Positions 9,380 to 19,291 are shown, numbered from the stretch's first letter. The stretch is DNA of 64,000 nt from an uncultured Chloroflexia bacterium (GCA_963807915.1 CAWEDO010000001.1:439453-503452); one strand, 5' to 3'. Numbers and translations: made by a program. The notes: a model not told the origin generated them from the sequence alone.

Positions 9380-10111
9380 GTGACCGTGGATCGCCCCGCT
9401 CGGTTCCTGCCCCTCGCGGCCGAGGACCTTGCCATCGCCGCATGGAACCTGGGCGGCGTACCACTGGCTGCCCTGAGCGGTGTCGGGCACGTCCTCGAGC
9501 TCGGTGACGCGCCCGATGCGCTTGCTGGCGTGATCCAGCTTCTCGCGGTGATCGGGGCGATCGTGGCCATCGCCACACGGCCTTCCGGAAGCACGATGCC
9601 TGCGGTGGAGCCGGGCTCCATTGACGCGCGGATGGCGTTCGTCGGCCCGCTCGCCCTGGCGATCGCCTTCGTCGCCGGATCTGCCTCGACCTACCTTGGA
9701 CTCGACGTTGAGGGACCGCTCGTTGGGACGGCGTTTCTGGCCATGGTGGCCGCCATGGCGTTCGCCAACCACCTCCCGACCTTAGACCAGGGGTTCAGGC
9801 GCGCAATGCTGCTGCCCTTCGTCCTCGTCTGCGCGGGCATCTTCGACGGGTTTGCCGCGCAACTTCTGGGCGACGTCAACCTGTCTGAGCTCATTGGCTC
9901 GCTCAGCGTCGACCAGACCGGCTTCGGGCTCTTCGTCGTCACCATGCTGCTCGCCGGCCTGGCGGTCTTCTACGCCGGCCTGGTGGTGGCGCCACGCGCC
10001 CTGGCATCGCCCGAGGAGCGGACCGGTTGCCTTGTCTGGCCCACCCGATTCGCCCTCTTCATCGTGAGTGCCGTGCTCGGCATCGGCTGGCTGACCGTCG
10101 TCTCGCCATGA
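9380..10111 (+). CDS. Hypothetical integral membrane protein (start uncertain)
   Basis: C-terminal ~245 aa of ORF 7601..10111, in a different frame from dnaE2. Six or more hydrophobic helices. GTG candidate at 9380, just after the dnaE2 stop. Its stop overlaps the next gene's ATG (ATGA). Confidence 0.45.
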   Translation: MTVDRPARFLPLAAEDLAIAAWNLGGVPLAALSGVGHVLELGDAPDALAGVIQLLAVIGAIVAIATRPSGSTMPAVEPGSIDARMAFVGPLALAIAFVAGSASTYLGLDVEGPLVGTAFLAMVAAMAFANHLPTLDQGFRRAMLLPFVLVCAGIFDGFAAQLLGDVNLSELIGSLSVDQTGFGLFVVTMLLAGLAVFYAGLVVAPRALASPEERTGCLVWPTRFALFIVSAVLGIGWLTVVSP

Positions 10112-10467
10112 CGCTCGTTGACGCGCTTCGCGCCTTCGCCTTCTCGCTGCCCCAAGCCTGGGAGGACCATCCCTGGGGCGAATCGGTCGCCAAGGTGGGG
10201 AAGAAGGTGTTCGTCTTCTTCGGCTCAATTGATGGCGACGGCCCTTTCGGCTTCAGCGTGAAGCTGCCGACCTCGAACGACGAGGCCCTCTCCATGCCTT
10301 TCACCGTGCCGACCGGCTACGGCCTGGCACGCGGCAACTGGGTAACGGTGCGACCTCCCGAGGATGTGCCGATCGACCTGCTGCTGGGCTGGATCGAGGA
10401 GAGCTACCGGACCGTCGCGCCCAATGCGCTGGCGGCTCAGCTGGAGGCCCATTCGGGAGACCGCTGA
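10108..10467 (+). CDS. MmcQ/YjbR family DNA-binding protein
   Basis: MTLVDALRAFAFSLPQAWEDHPWGESVAKVGKKVFVFFG...YGLARGNWVTV is the family signature. Translationally coupled to the preceding membrane protein. Confidence 0.7.
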   Translation: MTLVDALRAFAFSLPQAWEDHPWGESVAKVGKKVFVFFGSIDGDGPFGFSVKLPTSNDEALSMPFTVPTGYGLARGNWVTVRPPEDVPIDLLLGWIEESYRTVAPNALAAQLEAHSGDR

Positions 10468-10534
10468 GCGCAACAGGGAACTCTTGCCGGGACCGGGCCG
10501 TCCTGAACGGCAACCGAACGAGAGGACCCGAACC

Positions 10535-11593
10535 ATGCGTCGCCTCGCAGCCCCCTTCGCAGCCCTCGCCGTCACCCTCGCACTCGCCGCGCCCACCCTG
10601 GCCTGCGGCGGACTGATCGGTCCCAATGGCGCCGTCAACCTGCTCCGCACGACCACGCTGGCGGGCTATCACGACGGCATCGAGCACTACGTCACCGCCT
10701 TCGAGTTCGCCGGTGGTGGCGGTGCCTTCGGCAGCATCATCCCGCTGCCTGGCATCCCGAGCAGCGTCGTCCGCGGCGGCGACTGGACCCTCCAGCGCCT
10801 CGTGCGCGAGACGAACCCGCCGTCCCCAGAGGCCTTCTTCGCCGCCGGGGCGGCCGAGGATCGCGCCGTCGTCCTGCAGCAGGTACGCATCGACGCGCTC
10901 GACATCACCATCCTCAAGGGAGGCGGCGCCGAGATCGGCGTGTGGGCGAAGGAGCACGGCTTCTCGCTCCCGCCGGATGCGCCCGAGGTCCTCGACTTCT
11001 ACGCCAACCGCTCGCCCATCTTCATGGCCGCCTCGTTCGACGCCGATGCGGCCGCGGCCCGCGGCCAGGCCGTGGGCGATGGCACCCCGGTCCACCTCAC
11101 CATCCCGACCAAGAACCCCTGGGTCCCGCTTCGGATCCTCGCCCTCGGCAAGAGCGCCGGTGAGTCCGTCCAGGCCGATGTCTACCTCCTCACCGATGAC
11201 CACCCCGCACTCCTCCCGGCTCCCGGCAGCAAGCTGGCGGAGGGCGGCCTGCGGCTGGCGCACAGCGGCTCGGCCAGCGCCTCGCTGCTGACCGACCTGC
11301 GCTCCGACAAGGGGATGGAGTGGATCCCCGATTCCGCCTGGCTGACGAAGGTCGAGATCGATGCCTCGGCGGCCAACCTGCGCTTCGACCTGGCGATCGA
11401 TGCCAGCGGCGCGGGCGCACCCTCGATGCGCGACGCCGGCTTCGCTCCCTTCGGGCCACTTCCCGCGCCGCCGTCGTGGAACCCGCTGTGGATGATGCTG
11501 CTGGCGGTCTCGTTCGCGATTCCGCTCGGCGGCGCCTGGCTGCTGGCAGCGGTCGCGCGCAACGGCGGCGGAGGTCGGCCGCTCGCCGGCTGA
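10535..11593 (+). CDS. Secreted protein with signal peptide and C-terminal TM anchor (possibly DUF2330-like)
   Basis: Internal Met start MRRLAAPFAALAVTLALAAPTLA preceded by AGAGGA. About 310-aa extracytoplasmic domain, then a C-terminal hydrophobic helix LWMMLLAVSFAIPLGGAWLLAAV. Family assignment is tentative. Confidence 0.6.
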   Translation: MRRLAAPFAALAVTLALAAPTLACGGLIGPNGAVNLLRTTTLAGYHDGIEHYVTAFEFAGGGGAFGSIIPLPGIPSSVVRGGDWTLQRLVRETNPPSPEAFFAAGAAEDRAVVLQQVRIDALDITILKGGGAEIGVWAKEHGFSLPPDAPEVLDFYANRSPIFMAASFDADAAAARGQAVGDGTPVHLTIPTKNPWVPLRILALGKSAGESVQADVYLLTDDHPALLPAPGSKLAEGGLRLAHSGSASASLLTDLRSDKGMEWIPDSAWLTKVEIDASAANLRFDLAIDASGAGAPSMRDAGFAPFGPLPAPPSWNPLWMMLLAVSFAIPLGGAWLLAAVARNGGGGRPLAG

Positions 11594-11597
11594 CCGA

Positions 11598-12005
11598 ATG
11601 CGTCACCACCGGGTGCGGTCGGCGGCCCTGATCCTGTTGCTCCTGGCAGGACTGACCGCCGGCTGCGCCTCCTCCTCGTCACCGCAGCGGATCGAGATCC
11701 GGATCCACTACTCGCACTTCGATCCGAGCACCCTGACGGTGCCCCGCGGCGTGCCGATCACCTTCGTGCTGATCAACGAGGATCCGATCGACCACGAGTG
11801 GCTGATCGGCGACGCGGCCTTCCACGAGCGGCACCGCCACGGGACGGAGGCCCATCACGGGGCCCGGCCGGACGAGGTATCGATCGCGGCCCTCTCGACC
11901 CAGGAGACGACCCTGACCTTTGCGACCCCGGGCACGCTCCAGTACATCTGCCACTTCCCGGGTCACGAGGCCTACGGGATGGTCGGGACGCTCACCGTCA
12001 CCTAG
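11598..12005 (+). CDS. Cupredoxin-like (type-1 copper) lipoprotein
   Basis: Lipobox LAGLTAGC. T1Cu ligand pattern H..(HEWLIGD)...C-HFPGHEAYGM (His, Cys, His, Met). Starts 5 nt after the previous gene. Confidence 0.7.
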   Translation: MRHHRVRSAALILLLLAGLTAGCASSSSPQRIEIRIHYSHFDPSTLTVPRGVPITFVLINEDPIDHEWLIGDAAFHERHRHGTEAHHGARPDEVSIAALSTQETTLTFATPGTLQYICHFPGHEAYGMVGTLTVT

Positions 12006-12784
12006 AGCGGGGTCGCGGCGGGGACGCCCAGCAGGGTCGGCAGCAGGTTGCCGAAGAAGAATCCGGCCACACCGGCGAAGGCGCCGAGCGCGAGGATCTC
12101 CAGCCCGGAACGCAGCCATGCCTGGCGGGTCCATCGGCTCTTCAGCACCCCGATCCCGAACAGCACCCCCGCACTGGCGATGACGGCCGCCCAGATCGCG
12201 GCCTCGATCGGGAGGAGCAGGTAGACGAGGATCGGCACGAGCGCGCCAAGGCCGAAGCTGGCGCCCATCACGAGCGCGCCCTGGAACGGGCTTCCCTCGG
12301 CGTGCTCGCCGGTGAGCCCGAGCTCCTTCTCGACCATGGTCTTGAGGAGGACATCGGGGTGGGCGGCGATCGTGCCGGCCATGGCAGAGGCCTCGTCCCG
12401 TGGGAGGCCGTCCTCTTCGAGCATGTAGGCCATCTCGGCCTCCGCCTCGCCCGGGCGCTCGGCGACTTCTTCCCGCTCGCCGGCGATCTGGGCCACGAAG
12501 ATCTCGCGCTGGCTCTTGCTGCTCATGTATTCGCCCGCGGCCATGCTGAAGACCCCCGCCAGGCCGGTGGCGATGCCGGCGATCAGCACTGGCACCCGAT
12601 CGGCGGAGGCGCCCGCGACCGTGCTCACCACGGCGAGCGTGCTGACGAGCCCGTCCTGCGCTCCGAAGATCGCCTCGCGGATCTCGCCGAGCAGGCTCGC
12701 CTTGCGCCGCTCGTCCCTAAGGTGCTCGCGGAGCCAGGCCCGGTCGTATGCCGATGCAGGCGTCCCAGGTGGTGGAGCTTCCAT
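12002..12784 (-). CDS. VIT1/CCC1 family Fe/Mn transporter
   Basis: Internal start MEAPPPGTPASAYDRAWLREHL... of ORF 12002..13087. Has the FGAQDGLVSTLAVV motif and C-terminal TM helices typical of the VIT family. Confidence 0.8.
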   Translation of the reverse strand: MEAPPPGTPASAYDRAWLREHLRDERRKASLLGEIREAIFGAQDGLVSTLAVVSTVAGASADRVPVLIAGIATGLAGVFSMAAGEYMSSKSQREIFVAQIAGEREEVAERPGEAEAEMAYMLEEDGLPRDEASAMAGTIAAHPDVLLKTMVEKELGLTGEHAEGSPFQGALVMGASFGLGALVPILVYLLLPIEAAIWAAVIASAGVLFGIGVLKSRWTRQAWLRSGLEILALGAFAGVAGFFFGNLLPTLLGVPAATPL

Positions 12785-12878
12785 GCGAGGATCGTACCGG
12801 AGGAAGGGGAACGAGCGGATGGGCTGGAGCGTCCCTGTGTCAGACCCGCGCATGACGGAACCAAAAGAGGACGGACCG

Positions 12879-13817
12879 ATGCCCACCGCAGAACGCCGCT
12901 CCCGGCGCACCTTCTCCCCGAGATCGCTCGCAATCGTCAGCCTCTTGCTCCTGACCTTCGCGGTCGCCGCCTGCTCGGCGTCAGGCGCCGGGATCTTCCA
13001 GAACGTCGGCGACAACCTGCAGGGCCCCGATGGGGCGCCCGCGCCGGGCTTCGACACGGGCGGCGGCGGCCGGGACGATGGCGGCACGGGCGAGCAGCCG
13101 GCCGCTCTCGCGGATCAGCGGATCATCAAGACCGGCGAGATCAGCCTCGAGGTACCCAACGTCAGCACGGCCGTGGCAAAGGTGCGCGCCATGGCGCTCG
13201 ACCTGGGTGGGTATGTCGGCGGCTCGCAGGCGGGGACGCGCGACGAGGCCGCGACCCTGACCCTCCGCATTCCGGCAGACACCTTCGAAGAAGCGCTGAC
13301 AAGGCTGCACGACCTGGACGGCGACGTGGTGGCCGAAGCGACAAAGGAACAGGACGTGACCTCCGCTGTGGTGGATCTCGAGGCCAGGCTCGCCAACCTG
13401 CAGGCCTCTGAGGCCCAGTACCGAGTGCTGCTCGGCCAGGCCGTGAAGATCGATGACATCCTGGCGGTCCAGACTCGCCTCGACGACGTGCGCGGCCAGA
13501 TCGAGCAGCTCCAGGCGCAGCACAAGGAGCTCACTGGCCTGGCGGATCTCTCGACGCTGACCGTCACCCTCATCCCGACGGCACTGCAGCAGGCTGCCAA
13601 CGGGTGGGATCCGGGCAAGACCATCTCGGACGCGTTCGCCTCGCTGGTCGACGTGGGGCAGTCCATCGGCGATGGGTTGATCTGGTTCGCGATCGTGTGG
13701 CTGCCAGTGCTGATCGTGCTCGGGATCGTGATCCTGTTGGCGTGGCGCTTCCTCCCCGGCCTGCGCCGGCGTGCGCCACGCGAGCCCGAGGTCGCGGCGG
13801 GGGAGCGCGAGGGCTAA
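12879..13817 (+). CDS. DUF4349 domain lipoprotein with coiled-coil segment and C-terminal TM
   Basis: Start MPTAERRSRRTFSPRSLAIVSLLLLTFAVAAC (lipobox) preceded by AAGAGGA; an upstream in-frame ATG at 12819 also has an RBS. IIKTGEISLEV...GGYV matches the DUF4349 pattern. Stop overlaps the convergent bioY by 4 nt. Confidence 0.65.
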   Translation: MPTAERRSRRTFSPRSLAIVSLLLLTFAVAACSASGAGIFQNVGDNLQGPDGAPAPGFDTGGGGRDDGGTGEQPAALADQRIIKTGEISLEVPNVSTAVAKVRAMALDLGGYVGGSQAGTRDEAATLTLRIPADTFEEALTRLHDLDGDVVAEATKEQDVTSAVVDLEARLANLQASEAQYRVLLGQAVKIDDILAVQTRLDDVRGQIEQLQAQHKELTGLADLSTLTVTLIPTALQQAANGWDPGKTISDAFASLVDVGQSIGDGLIWFAIVWLPVLIVLGIVILLAWRFLPGLRRRAPREPEVAAGEREG

Positions 13818-14431
13818 GGGCGCTCGTCCCGCGAGCCCACTGCCCGCCAGGCGAGCGGCAGGATCGCGGCCGCGGCCACGATCTTGATCAGGTCCCACGG
13901 CACGAAGTCGAGTGCTCCGACCTGGATCGCGGTGGCCAGGTCGAGGCCGGTGATCGCGATCAGGACGGGCACGCCGATGGCGTAGATCACCAGGTTGCCG
14001 ATCACCATCAGGCCGATGGTCCGCGCCGGTGACCGATCCCACCCGCGCTCGGCCAGCCAGCCAACCAGGGCGGCGGCGACCACGAAGCCGCCGAGGTAGC
14101 CGAGGGTGGCGCTCAGCTGTCCATCGGTCGAGAGGCCGGAAGAGCCATTGGCAAAGACACCAAGGCCGACCGCTCCGAGCGCGATATACAGCACCATCGA
14201 GGCCAGTCCCAGCCGGGAGCCAAGGACCGTCCCAACCAGCAGCACGGAGGCCGTCTGGAAGGTGTACGGCACGAGGGGATTCCACGGGGCAAACCAGACG
14301 ATCTGCGCGGAGATCGCGGTGAGGGCGGCCCCCCCGGCCACCAGCAGCACTGCGCGCACCCATTGCGCGACCTGCCCGCGACCGATCGCCGGGACGGCGA
14401 CATCGGCCAGGGTTGCTGCGCGTGTGGTCAT
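13814..14431 (-). CDS. bioY: BioY family biotin transporter (ECF S-component)
   Basis: 205 aa, 5-6 TM helices, BioY signature (GTVLGSRLGLASMVLYIALGAVGLGVFANG...GYLGGF). Confidence 0.8.
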   Translation of the reverse strand: MTTRAATLADVAVPAIGRGQVAQWVRAVLLVAGGAALTAISAQIVWFAPWNPLVPYTFQTASVLLVGTVLGSRLGLASMVLYIALGAVGLGVFANGSSGLSTDGQLSATLGYLGGFVVAAALVGWLAERGWDRSPARTIGLMVIGNLVIYAIGVPVLIAITGLDLATAIQVGALDFVPWDLIKIVAAAAILPLAWRAVGSRDERP

Positions 14432-14567
14432 GGGCTCGACTCCTCGTGCGGCGACTGCTCGTGGCTGGCGATGGTACCGCGCGCATCAAGCGCGGACGTG
14501 CGGTGCGCTGCGCTAGACTCTGAGCGTCCTTTAAGCCCGGCCCTGCGAGGCCGGAAAGGAGCAAATC

Positions 14568-15725
14568 GTGCGAACGAGCCTGTCCCGCGACCTCACGACG
14601 CCACCCGCCCAGGAGCGGCCGGCGTCGTTGTTTTCGCCCTCCGGCGTGCTCGCCACGGAGGGGGGCCTGCTCCTGCATGGCCGATGGCGCGGCGCGGCCA
14701 CCCCGGCAGAAGGTGACCTCATCTTCTCCACCGCCGCGACCGGTTGGGGCGAGATCCTCACCGATCCGTCGTACGCGGGCCAGATCGTGATCCTCACCCA
14801 CCCGATGGTCGGCAGCTACCGGATCGACCCGAGCGAGCTCGAGTCGGACCGGGTGCACCCGCGCGCGGTGGTGGTGTCCCGACTGGTGACACCGCCTGCG
14901 GGGCCAGGTCGCTCCTTCGAGGATCTCCTGACCGAGGCGGGCATCCCCGCGCTCGATGGGATCGATACCCGCGCGCTCACGCTCGAGCTGCGGCGCGGCG
15001 CATCCCGCAGGGCCGTCATCCGGCCGTCGGCGGACGAGGCGGGAGCCGTCGAAGAGGCTCGCAACATCCCTGGCTGGGAGGCGGTGGACCACGTTGCCGC
15101 CGTCTCGACGCGCGCGTCCAACACCCTGGCACCCGCCGGAACGATGCGCGGGCGAGCCACCCTGGTCGACTTCGGGGTGAAGCGGTCCCTGCTTCGCGCG
15201 CTGACCGAGCGCGGCCTCGAGGTCATCGTGCTGCCACAAGACGCGACCGCCTCCGAGATCGATGCGACCCGCCCCGACCTCGTCGTCCTGTCGCCAGGTC
15301 CCGGCGACCCGTCGCGGATGGAGCAACAAATCGCCACGACACGAGAGCTTGCGAAGCTGGCGGTCGCGGGCGGGCCGCCGATCCTGGGAATCTGCCTCGG
15401 GCATCAGCTGCTGGCGCTGGCCGCGGGTGCAGAGACGCGGCGGCTGGCGGTCGGGCATCACGGCGGCAACCACGCGGTCCTGGAGCTGGAGACGGGCCGC
15501 GTCGACGTCGGCGCCCACAACCACGAGGTGGAGGTCGTCGACGGGCCGCGCCTGGCGGCGGCGGGCTATCGGGTCAGCCACCGCGACCTCAACGACGGCA
15601 CCGTGGAGGGGCTGGTTCACGCCTCGGGACGCATCGCATCGGTCCAGTTCCATCCGGAGGGGGCTCCCGGGCCGATCGACGCGGCGCGCGTCTTCGACCT
15701 GGCCGTGGAGGCAGCCACCGCGTGA
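14568..15725 (+). CDS. carA: Carbamoyl-phosphate synthase small (glutaminase) subunit
   Basis: CPSase small-subunit N-domain plus class-I GATase (ICLGHQLL, HNHEV). GTG start preceded by AAAGGAG. TGA overlaps the carB GTG. Confidence 0.9.
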   Translation: MRTSLSRDLTTPPAQERPASLFSPSGVLATEGGLLLHGRWRGAATPAEGDLIFSTAATGWGEILTDPSYAGQIVILTHPMVGSYRIDPSELESDRVHPRAVVVSRLVTPPAGPGRSFEDLLTEAGIPALDGIDTRALTLELRRGASRRAVIRPSADEAGAVEEARNIPGWEAVDHVAAVSTRASNTLAPAGTMRGRATLVDFGVKRSLLRALTERGLEVIVLPQDATASEIDATRPDLVVLSPGPGDPSRMEQQIATTRELAKLAVAGGPPILGICLGHQLLALAAGAETRRLAVGHHGGNHAVLELETGRVDVGAHNHEVEVVDGPRLAAAGYRVSHRDLNDGTVEGLVHASGRIASVQFHPEGAPGPIDAARVFDLAVEAATA

Positions 15726-18514
15726 CGCCGCGCAAGGTGCTCGTCATCGGCTCGGGACCGATCGTCATCGGCCAGGCGGCCGAGTTCGACTACGCCGGGG
15801 TGCAGGCCTGCCTGGCGCTGCGCGGCGAGGGCGTGGAGACCATCTTGGTCAACTCGAACCCCGCCACAGTGATGACCGATCCGGACGTGGGTGGCACGGT
15901 GGTCATCGGCCCGCTGACGGTGGCACACTTGACGGCAGTCATCGAGGAGCACCGGCCTGATGCCCTGCTCCCGACCCTCGGTGGGCAGACCGGCCTCAAC
16001 CTGGCCGTGGCACTCGACGATGCCGGCGTGCTGGAGCGCTTCAGCGTGCGTGTGCTGGGGACCCCGCTGGCCGCGGTCCGGGCGGCGGAGGATCGCGGCG
16101 GGTTCCGCGACCTGGTGACGCGGATCGGAGAGCCGGTGCCGGAGAGCGCGGTGGTCGAGACGCTCGAGGACGGCCTGCGCTTCGTGGAGGAGCTTGGCGC
16201 GCCGGTCGTGGTGCGGCCGGCGTTCACGCTGGGTGGAGGTGGCGGTGGGTTCGCCTCGACGCCGGAGGAGGCACGCCAGCGGCTGGCCACCGGGCTGGCG
16301 GCGAGCCCCATCGGCCAGGTCCTCGTGGAGCGCAGCCTGCTCGGCTGGTACGAGATCGAGTTCGAGGTGCTGCGCGACGCATCCGACACCGCGATCGCCA
16401 TCTGCGGCATGGAGAACCTGGACCCGATGGGGGTGCACACCGGCGACTCGATTGTGGTCGCCCCGATCCAGACCCTGCCCGATCCGGTCGTCCAGCGGCT
16501 GCGACGCTGCGCCCTGAAGATCGTCCGTGAGCTGCGGCTGGAGGGCGGCTGCAACGTCCAGCTGGCGGTGCGGCCCGACGGAGGCGACTACCGGGTGATC
16601 GAGGTCAATCCGCGCGTCAGCCGCTCATCGGCGCTGGCATCGAAGGCCACCGGCTACCCGATTGCACGCGTCGCCGCGCTCATCGCGCTCGGCAAGCGGC
16701 TCCACGAGCTCCCCAACCCCGCCACGGGGTCCGGCAGTGCCGCCTTCGAGCCGGCGGTGGACTACGTTGTCGTCAAGCTGCCGCGCTGGCCATTCGACAA
16801 GTTCCCGACCGCGGACCGCTCGCTCGGAATCCAGATGAAGGCAACCGGCGAGGCGATGGCGATCGACCGCGAGTTCGGATCGGCGCTGCTGAAGGCAATC
16901 CGCTCGCTCGAGCCCCGCGGCCACGGCTGGCTGTGGGAGGACGCGGACTGGGAGCTCTCCCATCGGCCGCCTGATGACCTCGCCACCTTCCTGGAGCCGA
17001 CCGACACCCGGCTGTGGCGGATGATCGGCCTCCTGCGCCACGGCTGGACCGATGCCGCCGGGCTGAGTGCCGCTACCGGGATCGCCCTCTGGTTCTCCGA
17101 GCGGCTGGCCGAGCTGGTCGATGCCGAGGCCCGGCTGGTCGGGATGCCGCTCGACGAGGCGAAGCAGCTCGGCTTCGGCGATGCCGACATCGCCGCGGTC
17201 TCGGGCGTGCCGGCCGTGGCCGTTCGACGGGCCAGGGTGCGGGCGGGGATCCGGCCGGCGTATCGGCGCGTGGACACCTGCGCGGGCGAGTTTCCGGCAG
17301 AGACACCCTACTTCTACTCGTCGCACACACTTCCCGAGGTCGCGCCGCCGGTCGAGCGGCGCAGCGTGATCGTGGTCGGGTCAGGCCCGATCCGGATCGG
17401 GCAGGGGATCGAGTTCGACTACTGCTCGGTCCGTGCCGCGTGGGCGATCCGCGAGATGGGCCTCGATGCGGTCGTGATCAACAACAACCCCGAGACCGTC
17501 TCGACCGACTACGACGCCTGTTCGCGTCTCTACTTCGAGCCGCTCGACGCCGAGAGCGTGCTCGACGTCATCGACCACGAGCGGGCGCTGACCGGGGAGC
17601 CGCCGTACGTGGTGCTCACCTTCGGCGGCCAGACGGCGATCGACCTCGCCAAGGAGCTGGCCTATGCCGATGTGCCGATCGCCGGGCTCACCGCCAAGGC
17701 GATCGAGCTGACCGAGGATCGCGAGCGCTTCGCCGCGCTGCTCGACGAGCTGGGGATCGAGGGGCCGCGTGGCCTGCTGGCGGCGGATGTCGCCGAGCTA
17801 CACCGCGTCATCGCGGAGATCGGCCTGCCGGTCATCGTGCGGCCGTCGTGGGTGATCGGCGGGCGGGGGATCGCGGTCCTGCGGGAGGAGGCCGACGTGA
17901 CGGCGCTGCTGGCGACTGAGATCGGGTGGCCACTGCGGGTCGACCCCATGGTCGAGGGCATCGAGCTCGACGTGGACGTGATCAGCGACGGGCGCGACTG
18001 GTGCGTGCCGGGGATTCTCGAACAGCTCGACCCGCCCGGCGTGCATTCGGGCGACTCGGTCGCCGTCCTGCCACCGCAACGCGTCGTGCGCCGGGTGCAG
18101 GAGGCCGCCGCGGAGACCGCCGGACGGATCGCGCTGCGCCTCGGCGTGCGCGGCATCCTCAACGTGCAGATGATCGTCGCCGGGGAGCGGGTGGTGGTGA
18201 TCGAGGCCAATCCACGGGCCAGCCGCACCGTGCCGATCGTGGCCAAGGCAACGGGTCGCGACGTGGTTGCGGCCGCGGTGCGCTGCGCGCTCGGGGCCAC
18301 CCTGACGGAAGTCGGCTGGTCGCCGGGGCTCGCCCCGGATGCGCCGCTGGTCGCGGTCAAGACGCCCATCGGCTCGCTCTGGCGCCTGCCGGGCGTCGAC
18401 GCCACCCTTGGCCCGGAGATGCGCTCGACCGGCGAGGTGCTGGGCCTGAAGCCGGACTACGCGTCCGCGATGGAGGCGGCCGAGGCGGCCGCCGCGGCGC
18501 ACGCCTCGCGCTGA
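15722..18514 (+). CDS. carB: Carbamoyl-phosphate synthase large subunit, short form (~930 aa) lacking the C-terminal MGS-like allosteric domain
   Basis: Starts VTPRKVLVIGSGPIVIGQAAEFDYAGVQA at a GTG overlapping the carA stop. Two ATP-grasp repeats; ends ...MRSTGEVLGLKPDYASAMEAAEAAAAAHASR. The N-terminal 325 aa of ORF 14744..18514 are out of frame and not part of the protein. Confidence 0.9.
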   Translation: MTPRKVLVIGSGPIVIGQAAEFDYAGVQACLALRGEGVETILVNSNPATVMTDPDVGGTVVIGPLTVAHLTAVIEEHRPDALLPTLGGQTGLNLAVALDDAGVLERFSVRVLGTPLAAVRAAEDRGGFRDLVTRIGEPVPESAVVETLEDGLRFVEELGAPVVVRPAFTLGGGGGGFASTPEEARQRLATGLAASPIGQVLVERSLLGWYEIEFEVLRDASDTAIAICGMENLDPMGVHTGDSIVVAPIQTLPDPVVQRLRRCALKIVRELRLEGGCNVQLAVRPDGGDYRVIEVNPRVSRSSALASKATGYPIARVAALIALGKRLHELPNPATGSGSAAFEPAVDYVVVKLPRWPFDKFPTADRSLGIQMKATGEAMAIDREFGSALLKAIRSLEPRGHGWLWEDADWELSHRPPDDLATFLEPTDTRLWRMIGLLRHGWTDAAGLSAATGIALWFSERLAELVDAEARLVGMPLDEAKQLGFGDADIAAVSGVPAVAVRRARVRAGIRPAYRRVDTCAGEFPAETPYFYSSHTLPEVAPPVERRSVIVVGSGPIRIGQGIEFDYCSVRAAWAIREMGLDAVVINNNPETVSTDYDACSRLYFEPLDAESVLDVIDHERALTGEPPYVVLTFGGQTAIDLAKELAYADVPIAGLTAKAIELTEDRERFAALLDELGIEGPRGLLAADVAELHRVIAEIGLPVIVRPSWVIGGRGIAVLREEADVTALLATEIGWPLRVDPMVEGIELDVDVISDGRDWCVPGILEQLDPPGVHSGDSVAVLPPQRVVRRVQEAAAETAGRIALRLGVRGILNVQMIVAGERVVVIEANPRASRTVPIVAKATGRDVVAAAVRCALGATLTEVGWSPGLAPDAPLVAVKTPIGSLWRLPGVDATLGPEMRSTGEVLGLKPDYASAMEAAEAAAAAHASR

Positions 18515-18520
18515 GGCTCC

Positions 18521-19186
18521 CTAGCGGCGGCGACGAGGCTCGGGCTGCCGGCGCGTGGCGGGATCGGCCAGGCGGCGACGGAGGTAGCCGCCATAGAAGC
18601 CGGCCAGGGCGCCGATGCCCAGCTGCACGAAGCCGTTCGTGACGAGCACGAGCGCGACCTGTGAGCCGGTGACGAGAGCCGCGGCTCCCGGCGTGGTGGC
18701 GATGCTGTAGATGAAGTAGGGCGCGTAGATCAGGTACCCGATGGCGGCAGCCGCGAGGCCGAAGAGCCAGGGCCGCTGCCAGCCGATCCAGCCGGCAGCG
18801 ACGAGAGCGCCGAACGACAGGAACGAGGCGATGCTCCCGATCGTGGTGCCGGCGTACTGGTCGACCATGATGTAGGTGGCCGCCCACAGGATGCCCATCC
18901 CGACTCCCGCGAACAGGTTCCGCGGGATGAGCCAGAGGTTCGCCACCATCGGACGCAGCCGTCCCGTATAGGTGAAGCCGACGAACGGGTCCGGCTTGCC
19001 GGCCAGCGGTGCGGCTGGCGGGAAGAGGCGCTGCATGAGCGGCATTCCGGGCTGGCGGACCGGAGCGGCGGCTTCGGGCTCGTCCAGTTCCTCGTCCGGG
19101 ACGCGGCCCTGGGCCTGCAGTCGCGCGCGGCGGCGGGCCTCCGCGCGCCGCTCGGCGTCCTGCTGGGCGGCGCTCTTCTTCGACAT
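18521..19186 (-). CDS. Hypothetical integral membrane protein with Arg-rich cytoplasmic N-terminus
   Basis: Internal start MSKKSAAQQDAERRAEARRRARLQ... followed by 4-5 TM helices. Lies convergent with carB. Confidence 0.5.
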   Translation of the reverse strand: MSKKSAAQQDAERRAEARRRARLQAQGRVPDEELDEPEAAAPVRQPGMPLMQRLFPPAAPLAGKPDPFVGFTYTGRLRPMVANLWLIPRNLFAGVGMGILWAATYIMVDQYAGTTIGSIASFLSFGALVAAGWIGWQRPWLFGLAAAAIGYLIYAPYFIYSIATTPGAAALVTGSQVALVLVTNGFVQLGIGALAGFYGGYLRRRLADPATRRQPEPRRRR

Positions 19187-19291
19187 GGGCCGCGATTGTA
19201 CGCGGGATCGATAAGCACGGCCTAAGGCGCCGGTAACGCCGCGAGCGGCATCCTGCGACGGCCTGCGCGCCTCCTCCAATCGAGGTGTGCT

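Noticed and set aside
14744-15721. N-terminal 325 aa of ORF 14744..18514 as part of CarB
   Set aside because: This part overlaps carA in a different frame. carB begins at the GTG at 15722 (VTPRKVLVIGSGPIV...), which overlaps the carA stop.
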